A DNA stretch of 63,989 nucleotides, counting the filler, from Phoronis australis (taxonomy: Eukaryota > Animalia > Phoronida): assembly GCA_002633005.1 (NCBI GenBank). It is 6 parts of 6 records of this genome, joined end to end, with 100 filler letters (N's around TTAATTAATTAA, not from the genome) between each part and the next. Parts side by side here need not be neighbours in the genome. Positions count along the whole stretch, not along the records: positions 26,464 to 29,969 come from NMRA01001667.1; positions 30,070 to 36,122 come from NMRA01000918.1; positions 36,223 to 38,819 come from NMRA01003572.1; positions 38,920 to 60,999 come from NMRA01000118.1; 2 more parts are not named here. One strand, 5' to 3'. Shown here one piece after another: positions 26,464 to 40,330 of the stretch (position 1 is the first letter of the stretch; each line of letters begins with the position of its first letter). The position numbers were made by a program, and so were the translations under genes. The notes below the pieces were generated by a model. The model was not told the origin of the DNA and made no database searches. It was given only the letters and a program-made list of their open reading frames with translations.

Positions 26464-29400
26464 TTCTCGCTTATAATGATTTTCAAGGGTTTCCGTCATT
26501 CAATTTCGGCAAGGTCGTCGCTTTCTCGCAAAACTACCGATTGGATGATCAATTACGCACTTATTTGCTCTCCGTTTTAACGTTGATCATCGTCAATACA
26601 CCTCCAAAAATTGCACATCGTCTTTGCGCAAACTACATTGAGATTTAAGTCTCCCGAAAAAAGTTGACGATCGGATAGTGTTTAAAAGTCTAATTCTAAA
26701 TTTCTCCAGTTAGTGCACAAATGAAGTAAAAGAAAGTAGTTCTGCTTGTCGCGTCGGCTGTTGGTATCATTATCTCGATTTATTACCCACAACGCGTGAC
26801 TGGACAAAGCCTTTTCAAATTAGCCGGTGGAGCGTGAGACCCCTGAGGTCCCAATCGAGTCCTCACGACAACTTCGCGTTATGTAACAAGCAGGCCAATT
26901 ATCTCCCAGGCTTCAAATTAAACGTATGGTGGTTGCACGCTATTACCGAACGCCTATAAACACAGACCCAGTGCGTCGATCCGTTTGGACAGAATACTGA
27001 TTGTCTTAACTTCTGTTGTAGTTGGGCGATTTTGTTGATTCAAAAACGGAACATGATCAGCATTTGACGAAGAATTCAGAAATGCTATTGGTTTAAGCTC
27101 AAATATGTTATAACGTAACTTTCATTTTTATCAGTCCAGACCAGTCAATCTAGATACGATCTGATCGGATAGAGCAATTATCGAACAAAAGAGCGCAGGC
27201 CCTCCAACCACAAATGCCAGAATGGAGTTTATCAGTCGTGTAAGACTTAAATTGGCTACGGGGATTAAACTTCCCAACTTGATGTTGGGCTATAGAATCG
27301 TTGGGAGCAACGGGATGTCGCCGTCATGCAATAGGCCTACGAAATGTCCGTGAGTTGAATTTAAAAATACCTGAATTTTCGTTTAGTTTCAGATTAAATA
27401 AACGACCTGTGAACTGCTCGCCACTTCGATGATTTCAGTTTTCTCCCACCCGAACAAGGCACTGAAACAAAGCACGTCTCCTTATTTGTAACGGCAAGAC
27501 ATAACACATTTTGGAAAGCGTCACCCTTTACCCAGGCCGAGGCTAACAAAACAAGGATTTAAAAAGCTTGGGGTCGGGGTGTCGTTGGGGCTCTTGCAGC
27601 ACCTTCTGAAATAACGCTATCAACGTACTTCTCTGTTGTCAAAACATTGACATCTTGAGGTCCAGTAGTGGGGCACTTTTTCAAACTCAGTGACCAGTGG
27701 CGAATAATGGGCCTGGGGNGGGTGTTGGCACCCTAAAATTCTCACAGACTCCATTTGGCAGTTTTGGGTGCGAATTGCTGACTGGCCGGCACATGCGCGC
27801 ACCTGGGAATTTGGCCGGGTGGCGGAATGTACAATGCATAGCCTAGAATAAACCCGTTTCCCGTATTTATAAGGGTGTGTCCGCCCCTGGTCACAGCAGA
27901 AATAAGAGATTGACATTGGTACAATACTCGTAGTAGCTGAACACTACAACACAAAAGTATTTAGGCAAAATGAACGGAATTCCCCGCCATGACGGCTGGG
28001 TGGAAGCCGAATTCACCATTGTCTCCCCTCGTGGCAGCAGATGAAGGGGAATTAACAGGAAATAATAGTGGCGTGGCTTAGCCAAGCTATAACTAGAATG
28101 TTGCCTCCTTTTAGTTATTACCAGTCATTTTTGCTGTTAACAGAATTGGCTGTCATGACAATTAAAAATGGTATTTGTCGATTACTTTATTAATGTACGT
28201 ACTGCTTTGCGAGGATATGTTATTGCAGAGAAGCACAAACAAGTCAGGACGATTATCAGAGTCTTTAATTTTCAACGAAATACTAACAGTATAATAACTG
28301 ACACACAATCTCATCCTCTGATACTATAGACTAAACAACACTGGTTCAAAAGAACTATATTACATTTAGCTACAGCCAATCTAAAAATTCCAAACATGGC
28401 TTGGAAACAGGTTTGTAAAAACCTCACTAAAATATCATGCATTTAGGACAACTTCCTCAGTTTGACCTCACAATCTTGTCTGAAAAAAGATTGAAATTTG
28501 CACTCAAGTTTGGACTGCAGATGATGAAGTATTTCCTTCAGTCACCAAAACATTGCTACAGGTGTATATCCAGGGAAGACTGTAAATTTTAGAGTACCAG
28601 CGTTGGTGCATGTAAAATCAAGGAGCCACTCATGCAACTGTCTTAAAAGGATATTAAACCAGGATTTTGACTATTTTAATGAATATTAGCAAGGTGCTGG
28701 TTCCAAGAAACTGATTTAAGTTCATTTCTGATTCAAGTCTAAGATTTGTCTCACAAACTCCAAACTTTGAGACTTCCACATCCCAAAACTTAGTCAAAAT
28801 TAAAAACAAAATTTAACCAAAACACTTAAGTCAAACTTAAGAACTCTTTCTTGTTTCTTGAAAGGACTTAAGACAATTTACATTTTAGCTTAAAATTGAC
28901 ATTTAAGATTTGTCTAAGCCAATTCAGTTTTATTGGAGTAGGCCCCATAACTTAACAATCTTATTTAAAAAAAAGCAATACTGGATCAGTAGACCAGCAC
29001 TGGTCCTTACACTTTGGCAGTTCAATTTGAAAATTCCTTACAAATTATGCTAAATCAGCAACCGTGACTAACACTGTCGGGAGATGCTTTACATCTTGAA
29101 CCACCGAACCATTCTAGGACACGGTGAGGATGACAGTTTCACGAACAATGCTATCACCTTTCCAGTACTAATTATGTTGAATAAAATCACCAGAACATTC
29201 TTAAGCGTTGTTTTAAATTTGTATAAACTGTAAAAGCTAACTGACTAAAGTCAATGGGTAAGCAACAACATGAGGAATGTAGACAGGAAATGTTCCCAAC
29301 ATATTTTAACACTGACTCACAGACTACAAAAATTGACCAATCAAATTTGACCTGTTGGTAGTACGCTGAACTCTGTTCAATCAATCTGTACTCCATTAAC

Positions 29401-32400
29401 ACAATAAGGGAACAATTGGTTTAAAATAACATGTAAAACTAATACATGTGCACAAAAAACAACGTGAATGGTAAATGACAAAGTAATAGGGAGTCAACAA
29501 TCCTGAACAGGAGTCACTGACTTAAGAACAAGTCCCCCCCCACACACACACATGGAAAAACAAGGGAACTGTTAGTGACTACCCTTCACAGTCTCGTAAC
29601 TTTTGCTATGTGTATGCAAGGTATGCGTCTCTGATTCGGTAATTTCAGTTTTCAGGCAAGTGAAATCCACTTGATGTTTGCAGATTTATTTCTGCTTTGG
29701 ATAACAATCATTGAAAGCATGTGGACGCGGATGAAGGTATGAGACTCCCATTCTTTACCCGAGCATGGAATGGTTGGCATAAGAACCATAAGACTTGACA
29801 TGATTAAAACTAAAGTTCAAATACTCAAAATAAATGAATAAGAGTAGTTAAATATGAATGATAAACTCTAGAGCGTAGTATGAGACATTCATCAGTAGAA
29901 TAAAAATTTAACCACAGTCTCATAGAGATTTAGTGTTCAAATGAACTTGAATTAAAGGAACAACTTGACNNNNNNNNNNNNNNNNNNNNNNNNNNNNNNN
30001 NNNNNNNNNNNNNTTAATTAATTAANNNNNNNNNNNNNNNNNNNNNNNNNNNNNNNNNNNNNNNNNNNNTTGGTACTTCAAATTTAAAACTTAGATAAAA
30101 AGTTATCAACCGGTTCCCGGTAAAAAAACAAGTGGGCAGAAGCATTAAAAATTTAATAAACAAAACCAATATGAAACTTATCGTTCTTTTGGGAACCCTA
30201 AGTGGCCTGGCTTTGTGAAGATAAACACAAGTTAACCTTTCTAGTCATTTTGTAATATTTATAATGTACCAAGTTAAGACCCCTCTCCAGAGTTGCAGGA
30301 TATAACTCTGCAAATGTCAGAGAAAACCAAATTGGAGGTACTAACAACAACCATTGTTGAGACAGTAATGCTAGTAATTACCTTTCAAGCTTCATTAGCT
30401 CATATCTACTTCAGTACAAAGGGCGTGCTGAATAGGCATGATAAAAGTTGTCTGGGGCTTAGGGAATCAGAGCCGTGACCAGTGTAAGCGAGAAATTCTC
30501 CACATGAAACTTCCACATCTGATAAGTAAGTCGGACTTAAGACAAAACTTAAGTCAAACTAAAATCTTGGAATGAACTTCAGACCAAATGAAGTTTTATC
30601 TTTATTGGCTTATAATTTACCTTAAATAAATCAGTTTTCTTGGAACGGGGCCCTGGGATTGCTAAATCAGAACCGTAATACACAACTTAAAATTCACAGC
30701 AGTATGCGGCCGGGGTGCCTGGCGATGACAGTTCACGTAATTGACGTTTTTTAAACCCTTAAAAGGGGCAATACGACAACTTATGGGACAAACTCGACAG
30801 GGAGTTGCACTATTGAACCAGTTCACGAATAATACTAGGTGCTGTACCGATATAGTAATTTTCAGCAGTAGGCTGTCAAGTTTTTTGAAACAAGAAGGTA
30901 CCCGTCATTGTATACTAAAAATGTGCGTGTGTGTGTGTGTCTTTTGATAAGTGAACTAAGATATCACTGTCATTGTATATGTTTCATCATTTTCATAACT
31001 CATCTGCATATCTTTGTATTTTATCGGTGATCAGCACTTGGGCTAACATTTTTCTTGTTTTGCATTTTCCTGTACCCGGATGTAAAATAAACACTTTACT
31101 TACTTATGTTTTTGCTTACTAGGCCCGCATGCGCGGGGGGGGTTCGAATTTCTATAGAACGGTGGACCCGTTTGATATTTTGAAAATGTTGACCTTTAAT
31201 TTTCGGAAAGGCCCTTCAGAAGCAGCTTCAGGGGGAAGAGAAACCTGTGACACAACGGTGACTCTCAGCTCTATGTGCCTGAGATGAGACGGCATTCGTA
31301 ATACCAAAAATGAGGATGCTGTGACGCTTGTTCGCAAAGAACGGACTCAAATTCGGATGACTGGTTCAGAAAGAGAACGTTCTCTCGTTACCGCCAATCA
31401 AACTTCCAAATGAGGTGACTGCTGGAGTACTGACCTCGTTACTCGGACGGAAATATTTGGTCGAAGAATGACTTGAAATTTTTTATCTGCATGGTTGTAT
31501 TTTGCGTGTTTCTTAAGTTGCTCGCGGCTTACCAGTGGCGGATTTAGGGGGGAAAGAGGGTCATGCCCCTCCCCCTAAATCTTAGCCCAGATTCCATGTG
31601 GCAGTTCGGGGGATGCGAATGTCCGAGCTGACAGGCAAAATCCTGGCTGATACTCTTCCCTGCCTCCCACTCAAAATCCTGGATAGGCAGCCCCTGCTTA
31701 ACGATGTGGCCAGTTTTTGAAACGATACATTATGGCTGCTACAGACTACCAAATTTGGCCGAGAAGCGCTTCTGTGAAAACTTGCAAAATGATCGTTTTT
31801 GCCGCACAAAGTCAAAACACAAATTTGATATTAAATTTTGAAAGTTATGACATTAAATTATTCAACTATAGTCCTTTAAAACTGCATTACTCATTAGTTT
31901 TCAGCTAGCTATACATGCTATTAAAATGCATTTAAGCATTTCTACTTTGGCGCCAATTTTGTTGCAAAAGGGAGGTATATGTCTTAAAAATAGCAATAAT
32001 GGGTGAAAACTCTTAAAAATCGAAATTTTTCTACATCTCACCAAACCAAACTCAAGCCTTAAGTCTGAACAAAATCTGTGATTTTTGGTTCAACATAAAA
32101 AACAGCGAGTTAATGTTGTCTGCAGAAAGTGCACTTTAAAAACTTTCTCGACATTTTGAAATACCTGCACAAATGATTAAGAGCAAATTTAAAAAAAGCA
32201 TTTATGCTGTCTGTGCTGCAAACAATTGGACACTCTAACAATGATGTCCTAGCTAGTGCTCTTGGAGGGTAAATCAAGCAATTATAATTGAAAAACGTTT
32301 GCTTGAATTATCTCTTCCGCATGTTTCCTGTCTTTCTTTTCGCAGCTATCCCTGGTTCCACGCCTATACCGGTTAACACGGACTAAGTATGACGCCTGAA

Positions 32401-33299
32401 AACTTTTGGGAAGCACGTGCCACACCCCGCTTGCTATGTCCCGGTTAACATTCCCTGGTTGACACCAGATTCATCACCACCCTTCCGTCAACGCCAACGC
32501 AACTACATGTATTCCGTGTTCCCGGCACAGGTCACGTGTTGCTTTCAGGTATCACATGAAGTTGTTTTTCAATTGATAGTGAAACAACTTTGAATGGAGT
32601 TGACTGCCACAACACCATACCACTCTAGTCCACTCGTCAGTGAATTGTTGCACGAATGAAATCAAGTGGCTGATACCAACAACTAATAAAAATCCTCCAC
32701 GGGTTGTCGTCATTCTTTCTTTGAAGGGTACCTCCTTTGAATGTCACAGTCGTCACCACCAACAGGGACGTGGTATTGTTATTCTCTGTCGGTGGTCTTC
32801 GTCCCGTGAACTAAATCGTGACGTTAGTTGGTTACATTCGAGGCATACAATCGACTGAACGCTCTTTGCGGTTAGACACACTTTTGCACCCGTCTGTCAT
32901 CATCAAGGAAAGCTGCTGTCTCATGAGATGCGCAGCTTAGATTCATTGTACGAAGTAAGGGCATGCAGTTGACCAATAGTCACATGACTGTATAAATGTT
33001 CTTTTTGTTTATTTTAGTTTAACGGATGGCGCGCAAAGGTGTGCATCACTCAGCCACAGACATGGGAGCACGGCAGTCACGATTATGACGCCATGATGCG
33101 CTGGAAGTGCGCTTGCCACTATCGAAGATTTGATTGCTGACTGTTTGAATATAACTCTGCACATTCTAACCTTAACTATAACACTAACGCACTAACGAAA
33201 GCACCATAACCCCAGTCGGTAATCAAATCTTTTGAGGGTGGTTCCTATCTTCCTCACGAACTTTACCCGAGGGATGGCATTGTGACGACCGATCCAGAT

Positions 33300-36122
33300 G
33301 GTTAAGAACACCACAGAGGGCTGTTGCAGGAACAAGAATTCGGTTAAGTATGCAATTGCTAAGATTGTCTGTGTTCTGAAGTATATCATGTGTCGTGTGT
33401 AATTCATGTAATTGACTTGCTATCATGTATAGTATGTGTTTTCTGCATTACTTGACTTATCATGATTATTGTTTTTTTGTTTTCTAATTGACCAGTTACC
33501 ATGTCGTGTATATTGAGTAGTTACCATAATTATTGTGTCAATGTTATCATGTATATTATTTGTCATGTGTCGTACATATTTTGTGATTTGTTGCCTTGTA
33601 TCGTATTTCGTGTACATTAATTGCATTGTTGTGAAGTTTATTAAGTGATGTATATTAATTAATTGATGTATGTTGTGGATGGTGTATACTTGTTGAATTG
33701 CTATTGTGTAACATGTTCATTAATTGATCTCTTCCTCCTAAAGATTAAGAAGACGACAGACGGCGGCCGCCAGGACATCAAACAGGTCAAGTATTCAATT
33801 ATTTAAATTGTCAGTATCATCATGTATAATAGTTGTCATGTATATTATTGTTCATTGTGTGTTTTAAGTATATTAATTGACCTGCTTCCATTTTTATTGT
33901 GTGTCGTGTGTATTAATTGTCAAGTTATTATGTTTGTGTCGTGCATATTATTTGATTTTTACCATGTATTGTGTGACGTGTAAATTAATTGCAATTTTAT
34001 CAATGGTATTATGTGATGTAAATTTCTTGATTTTGTATCATGTATGTTGTTGGTGTTGTATATTCTTGATTTGCTACTGTGTAATCTGTACATTAAATGA
34101 CCTATTCCTCCTAAAGATTGAGAAGACGACAGACGGCGGCCGCCAGGACATCACACAGGTCAAGTATTAAATTATTTAAATTGTCAGTGTTATATGAGTA
34201 TAATCTTTTGTCGTGTGTTTTAATTGAGTTTTTATCATGTTCATTGTGTGTTTTATGTATATTAATTGACCTGCTTCCATGTTTATTATGTGTCGTTGTA
34301 TTAATTGTCAACTTATTACGTTCGTGCTTCTTGCATATTATTTGATTTCTTACCATGTATTTTGTGACGTGTACATTAATTGCAATTTGATCAATGTTAT
34401 TATGTGGTGTATATTACTTGACTTTGTGTCATGTATGTGTTGGGTGTTGTATCTTTCTTGATTTTGCTACTGTGTAATCTGTACATTAATTGACCTATTC
34501 CTCCTAAAGATTGAGAAGACGACAGACGGCGGCCGCCAGGACATCACACAGGTCAAGTATTCAATTATCTGAATTCTCAGTATTATAATGTATATTACAT
34601 GTCGTGTATATTAATTGGCTTTATATAATGTTCATTGTGTGTTTTGTGTATATTAATTGACCTGCTTCCATGTTTATTATGTCGTGTGTTGTACTAATTG
34701 TCAAGTTATTATGTTTGTGTGTCGTGCATATTGTTTGATTTCTTACCATGTGTTGTTTGACGTGTACATTAATTGCAATTTTATCAAAGGTATTATGTGG
34801 TGTATATTATTTGACTTTGTTTCATGTATGTTGTGGTTGTTGTATATTTGTCGAATTGCTATTGTGTATTCTGTACATTAATTGACACATTCTTCATTAA
34901 GATTAAGAAGAAGACAGACGGCGGCCGCCAGGACATCACACAGGTCAAGTATTCAATTTCTCAAATTGTCAGTGATATTATGTATATTATTTGTCGTGTA
35001 TTTTAATTGGCTTTTTATCATGTTCATTTTGTGTTATGTACACTAAATGACCTGTTATCATATTTGTTGTTTGTGGATAACATAAATGGACCTTTTATCA
35101 TGTTTATTGTGTGCCGTTTATACTAATTGACCTGTTGTCATGTTTATTGTGTGTCTTGTATATGATTTTGTTTTGGTATCATGTATTGTGTGTAGTGTAC
35201 ATTGATTGAATTGTTATCGTGTGTATACATTGATGTAATTGACTTGTGATCATGTTTGTTGTGGTTGGTGTATGTTTGTTGAATTGTTACTGTGTATCAT
35301 GTACATTGATTGATCTACTTAAATTCTCAGTGTTATCACGTATATTAGAAGTCGTGTTTATAAATTGACATTTTATCATGTTCGTTGTGTGTTTTGTGTA
35401 TATTATTTGACCTGTTTCACGTTTATTGTGTGTCGTGTGTATTAATTGTCAAGTTCTTATGTTTGTGTGTCGTGCATATTATTGATTTCTTAAGATTATT
35501 GTGTGACGTGTTCATTAGTTGCAATTTAAAAAGGGTATTCTTTGGTGTATATTACTTGAATTTGTATCATGCGTGTCTTGGGTGTTATATGGTTATTGAA
35601 TTGCTACGGTGTAATATGTGCATTAATCGACTTATTCCCCCTAAAGACGGACGACAGACGGCGGCCGCCAGGACATCACACAGGTCAATATTCAATTACT
35701 TAAACTTTTTGTGTTATCATGTACGTAATTTGTCGTGTATATTAATTGACATTTTATCATGTTCATTGTGTTTGTTGTGTATATTGATTGACCTGCTTTC
35801 ATGTTTATTGTGTGGCATGTGTATTAATTTTCAATTTATTATGCTTTTGTGTCGTGCATATTATTTGTTTTCTTACCATGTATTGTTTGTCGTATACATT
35901 AATTGCATTTTATCAATGGTACTATGTAGTGTATATTACTTGACCTGGTATCATGTATGTTGTGGGTGTTATATATTTGTTGACTTGCTTCTATTTTTCA
36001 TGAACATTATCTGATGTGTTCCTCCTTAAGATTAAGAAGACGACAGTCGGCGGCCGCCACCACATCAAACAGGTCAAGTATTCAATTGTTTAAATCGTGA
36101 GTTTTATCTTTTATATTATTTG
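33300..36122 (+). repeat. ~385-bp higher-order satellite with a conserved GC-rich 42-nt core
   Basis: Core ATTRAGAAGACGACAGACGGCGGCCGCCAGGACATCAMACAG at 33744, 34117, 34510, 34902, 35647 (5-nt deletion) and 36031. One unit lacks the core (~35320). The AT-rich remainder is built of short TATTAATTGAC../CATGT..ATTGTGTG sub-repeats. The array is cut by a gap. Confidence 0.92.
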
Positions 36123-36222
36123 NNNNNNNNNNNNNNNNNNNNNNNNNNNNNNNNNNNNNNNNNNNNTTAATTAATTAANNNNNNNNNNNNNNNNNNNNNN
36201 NNNNNNNNNNNNNNNNNNNNNN

Positions 36223-38565
36223 GTGGCGTTGCGCAAGGAACTTAAAGAGAAATTAGCTGACATGGAAAGACAAGGGGTTATCACCCGAGTGAATCAGCTT
36301 ACCGACTGGATAAACTCCATGGTGGCGGTGAAAAAACCAGGAAAACTAAGAATCTGTTTAGATCCGAAAGAACTGAATAAAGCAGTGAAAATACCTAAGT
36401 TCAAGCTCCCTACCTTGGAGGAAGTTAGTGCTAATCTGTCAAAAGCGAAAGTATTCATTGTTATACATGCTAAGGAAAGATTTTTACAAATCAGATTAGA
36501 TGATGAATCTAGCATGCTCACAACTTTCAACACCCCGTTTGGGAGGTACAGATGGCTGCGTCTTCCATTCGGTATTTCCTCGGCCCCTGAGGAATTTCAG
36601 AGAAGGGTGGTAGACCTGGTAGATAGGTTGGACGGTGTGCAAACCATAGCCGATGACATTCTTGTTTATGGCACAGGCGACAATGCAGAGGAGGCTATCA
36701 AAGAACACGATGAAAATTTGATTGCGTTGCTAGAGAGATATAGGCAGAGAAAATTCAAAATGAACAAGGCGAAGTTGCGATTCAAACTTCCGTCAGTGAC
36801 ATATCATGGTCATGTGATTAGCAACGAGGGACTGAATCCAGACCCGTCGAAGGTAGAAGCGATTCTCAAGATGAGGCGTCCAGAGGACAAGAAAGCTGCG
36901 AAGAGGCTAAACGGGATGGTGAACTATCTAGCGAAATTCTGTCCACACTTGTCCACCGTCAGTGAGCCTTTAAGAAAATTGACCGCAGAGGACGCTGACT
37001 TTGTGTGGTCTGACCAGCATGAACAGACATTTAACGTACTAAAACAGATGTTATCGGTGGCCCCAGTACTGCGATATTATAGTCTGTCAGAGGAAGTGAC
37101 ATTGGAGGCCGATAGTAGTGAGTACGGACTCGGTGTGGTGTTACTCCAAGGAGGGCAACCAGTAGCTTTTGCATCGAGAGCGATGCAGGATCTACTCATA
37201 TTGGTCATGGAAGGATGGCCCAAAGACAAGATGCAAGTTCCACAATTATGCAGAGAATAATGGCCTTTCCGGGGCAAAATATCCTGTCAAGATGGTGTTT
37301 TATACAGGGGGTCCCGCCTGAAAATTCCAACAAGTCTGCGCAAGAAAATGCTGGAAAGAGTGCACAGCAGTCACCAGGGAGCAGAAACAGCGATCCGCAA
37401 AGCAAAGGATGCAATTTTTTTGGCCCCAGATCAGTCACGACATCAGGAATGTGGTGGCCACATGCGATATTTGCTTAGAAAATCAAACTCGGCAACAGAA
37501 GGAGCCGATGCACTCTCAACCAATCCCCAAAGACCGGTTTGAAATAGTTAGCAGTGACTTATTTACCATTCACGGGGTAGACTACTTGCTCATAGTGGAT
37601 CATTTCTCAAAGTTTTATGAGATTGTTCAGGTCAGTGAAACAACTGCAGAAACCATCATAAGTGAGTTGAAACAACAGTTTGCTAGACACAGGATGCCGA
37701 AACTTTTTATATCCGATAATTATCCGAAATACCAGTGCCAACAGTTGAGAGAGTTTGTTGAAGCCTGGAAGTTCATACACCACACTTCGTTGCCGCATTA
37801 TCCTAGGGGAAATGGCACAGCCGAGGCTGGGGTCAAAGTGGTGAAAAACAAGATGGAACTGATTTGTGGTTGGCCATCCTAAAACACCGCAATGCCCCGG
37901 CTGCAGACAACACCGGAAGTGCAGCACAGAAGCTAATGAGCCGCAGAACAAGAACCCTCATTCCAGTTAGTGCTAGCAGACTGGAAGCCAAAGTGGTACC
38001 AAAGGACCAGGTATTTCAGCATCAAGTGGTCCAGAAACAAAAGGCGAAGATGTTCTTCGACAAAGGAGCAAAGGAGCTACCTCCACTAGTTGTTGGCCAA
38101 CCTGTATGTACGAAACTTAGGCCGCACTCATCAGCCGCCTAGACCACAGGGAAAATCGTAGAGAAATTAGCTCCCAGGTCCTACCTGGTAGATCATGAGA
38201 GCAGGGTCTATAGTCGAAACAAGAACCATCTTAGGCCCAGTGCCGAGGTCGCCACTGCAAACCAGCCTCAACTGGTGGTGGATCCAGCAACTCCAGAATC
38301 ACACAGCGCTCCAGCCAATGAGCGTTCACCACCTACACAGGGCAGCTTCATATTACCGCCCGTGCAAGGAAGCCCTGTACCCACACCCGTCAAGTTGAGC
38401 CCGGCACTACCTATCGTCAGGACAAGCAACCCTCTAACTCAAGACGGGATGCCTCGGTATGGTTACACCACTCGTTCCGGACGTACCGTAAAAGCTACAA
38501 AAAATAGTTACCGGCAGGTCGTAACTCGAAAAGTGATCTTACTTTTGCTCAAAGGGCCAGAATAA
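36223..38565 (+). mobile_element. Gypsy/Ty3 (Mag/K02A2.6-like) LTR retrotransposon pol, degenerate
   Basis: RT (KLRICLDPKELNKA, TTFNTPFGRYRWLRLPFGISSAPEEFQ, IADDILVYG); partial RNase H (EADSSEYGLGVVLLQGGQPVAFASR); integrase HHCC and core (SDLF..VDHFSK..SDN..YPRGNGTAEAGVK); C-terminal TRSGRTVK. It carries frameshifts, stops and an internal deletion. A purine tract lies near 38576-38590. Confidence 0.95.
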
Positions 38566-38959
38566 TGCTCTTAGAAAATAGGGGGAGAGGCAGTCTACCT
38601 CCGTGAACCATATCCCAAATCATTGTGTGTCAGTGCTTATATTCATTGAAGAGAAAGGGAACTATATGGACTGATATAATTTACGTGTTCATACTTGTCA
38701 AGAGAGAGAACAAGCCGGACTGTTATAATTCATGCCTCGGGATGGTTACACCACTCGTTCCGTAAAAGCTACAAAAAATAGTTACCGGCAGGTCGTAACT
38801 CGAAAAGTGATCTTACTTTNNNNNNNNNNNNNNNNNNNNNNNNNNNNNNNNNNNNNNNNNNNNTTAATTAATTAANNNNNNNNNNNNNNNNNNNNNNNNN
38901 NNNNNNNNNNNNNNNNNNNAGTACATAAATCTTGGTTCTTTATATAATCATATTCCACA

Positions 38960-40330
38960 TTGCCCCGGAAAACTTCATTTGGTGCAAAGGTCATAGAATT
39001 TTCAAAATGCTACTCCTTCTTTATTTTAAAAGCTATTTTTTCAAATTCGGTACACAGGTATAAGTTAATAAGGCAATTTAATAAAATACTTTTCTAAGTA
39101 ATCAGTCATCCAATCAGGTTAAACAGGTCAAAGGTCATTAGGTGCAAACTAAGATTTTGAGCTAGACACTTCAAATTCACAGGTCTGATAGGCACAGGTA
39201 ATTCAATTCGGAATCCAAAGTTTCAGGTCATTTAGTGCAAACATGGAGTCATTAGGTGCGTTTTTCTTCTGAAAAAATGACCTTTTCATTCACCCAGTAT
39301 TCTGATGTTTCAACTGTTAGGCAACTGTGATTCTCAACATTAAACACAATTTTCATGGGCTTTGCAATAATTCTCCTCAAGACGCTTATAATGCACCGGA
39401 TAGGGTCAATTAGTGCAAATGTCATCAACGTTCAAAAAGTTATCTCAGGTTTTTCAAGGAATTCTTTTCAATTTCAGCACACTGGGGTAAGTCAACCTGC
39501 CGATTGAATATCCTACTTTACCCTACGCAATAGGCCTAACCAATCAGAAAAAATAGGTCAAAGGTCATTGAGTGCAAACTAAAATTTTGAGCTAGACACT
39601 TCAAATTCACAAGTCTGAGTGGTACGTCTAATTCAATTTGAAATAGGAAGTTTCAGGTCATTTAGTGCAACCATGGGGTCATTAGGTGCTTTTTTCTTCC
39701 GAACATTTGTCCTTTTCCTTCACCAAGTATTCGTGTGTCAACCGTTAGACAACTGTGATTCTCAGCATTAAACACACTTTTCACGGGATTTGCAATTATT
39801 CTCCTGAAGACGCTTATAATGCACCGGATAGGGTCAATTAGTGCAAAGGTGGCCTAACGCTCAAAATATCATATTCCCTACATTTTTCAAGGAATTCTTT
39901 TCAAGTTCAGCACACTGGTGTAAGTCACCATGCCAATCGAACGTCTTACTTTACTATGCAATAGGCCTATCCAATCGGAAAAAATATGTCGAAGGTCATT
40001 GAGTGCAAACGAAAATTTTGAGCTAGAGACTTCAAAATTAAATATCTGTTTAGTAAATGTGATTGAGTTTGAATTCTAAATTATCAGGTCATTTCGGGTG
40101 CACCCATGGGGTCATTAGGTGCATTTTTCTTCTGAAAGTTTGATCAATTCATTCATCTTGTATTCTAAAGTGCTTAAAGTAAAACATCTGTGATTCTTAG
40201 CATTAACCAAACTTTTAATCGAGTTTACAATTATTCCCTCATCCGGGCTCCTAATGCACCGAAAGAGGTCAATTAGTGGAAAGGTCATCAAAATATTAAC
40301 ATGCTATTTTTCTTACAATTTTAAAGAATT
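38960..40330 (+). repeat. ~430-bp tandem repeat (~3.2 units) rich in GGTCA motifs
   Basis: GGTCAAAGGTCATT..GTGCAAAC..ATTTTGAGCTAGA.ACTTCAAA recurs at about 39125, 39555 and 39986. Confidence 0.88.

Noticed and set aside
32340-33300. Exon-like GC-richer blocks with splice-like sites
   Set aside because: The + strand frames I read contain stops and show no recognisable homology.
33877-36014. Cys/Leu/Tyr-rich ORFs up to 209 aa
   Set aside because: Low-complexity translations of the TG/AT-rich satellite.
33744-36072. CRISPR-like array of conserved cores
   Set aside because: The intervening ~340-bp segments are homologous to each other and far too long for spacers.
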